This document shows positions 63,773 to 64,000 of a stretch of 64,000 bases of DNA, piece by piece. The stretch lies in the IMG/VR virus record IMGVR_UViG_3300025120_000020; one strand, given 5' to 3'. Below the pieces are notes generated by a model, which ran no database searches, was not told where the DNA came from, and was given only the letters and a program-made list of their open reading frames with translations. Position 1 is the first letter of the stretch. Each line of letters begins with the position of its first letter. Source of the stretch: a virus. The position numbers and the translations under genes were made by a program.

Positions 63773-64000
63773 TAGGATTTATTACAGATAAACAAACCGC
63801 AGCTACCGTCATGGATGGAATTCGCCAAGCTCAAACGAGTCGTGGGCAACATTATTATTGGACTACTGGCTCCGCACTGATTTACTCGGGTAATCATGCT
63901 GGAAAGACATTTATCCAAGCGAGTGACTTTCTTTTGGATACTCCGCTACGCAATGGCCTTACTCCCCGCGATTTTCCTGAGTTTGACGAGTTGGTTGCAA
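63769..64000 (+). CDS. Hypothetical protein, runs off the window end (not in ORF track)
   Basis: ATGA overlap; MIGFITDKQTAATVMDGIRQAQTSRGQHYYWTTG... open to 64000. Confidence 0.6.
   Translation, partial: MIGFITDKQTAATVMDGIRQAQTSRGQHYYWTTGSALIYSGNHAGKTFIQASDFLLDTPLRNGLTPRDFPEFDELVA

Noticed and set aside
1-64000. Alternative genetic code (stop-codon reassignment)
   Set aside because: Long core genes are intact in code 11 and TAA, TAG and TGA all terminate genes; only one in-frame TGA was seen

Overview
The whole window is part of a large, AT-rich tailed dsDNA phage genome (long non-contractile-tail layout), with no host housekeeping genes. Left to right: (1) 1-11.2 kb holds a GT2, Hsp20, class Ia ribonucleotide reductase (nrdA/nrdB), a sigma-70-like factor, GT4/GT9 glycosyltransferases, an SSB-like protein and a Rad52/Sak-like protein. 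(2) 11.2-41.0 kb is a minus-strand morphogenesis block: tail proteins, tape measure, tail tube, head-tail joining, major capsid, protease/scaffold, portal, large terminase, an ERCC4 nuclease, a second sigma-like protein and PhoH. (3) 41.2-51.3 kb is a plus-strand early region of small, often leaderless genes under host-type sigma-70 promoters. (4) 52-64 kb holds an HNH-AP2 endonuclease, three sulfotransferases, a GT31, a serine protease, three tRNAs plus one aberrant tRNA, a RuvB-like ATPase, a pyrimidine-dimer glycosylase and a tail-tube paralogue. The most unusual material is in the early region. Eight copies of an exact 25+25+25-bp element (two IHF-consensus-like palindromic boxes around an orientation-switching G/C spacer) punctuate it, and several copies have inward-facing promoter-like hexamers 39 bp away. 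It also encodes a 66-nt tmRNA reduced to its alanylatable tRNA-like domain, with a GNRA loop replacing the mRNA domain, and a 114-nt tRNA-like RNA with a 46-nt anticodon-loop insert. Each RNA mimic appears co-transcribed with a paralogue of the same small protein. All calls come from reading the sequence by eye; no database searches were run.
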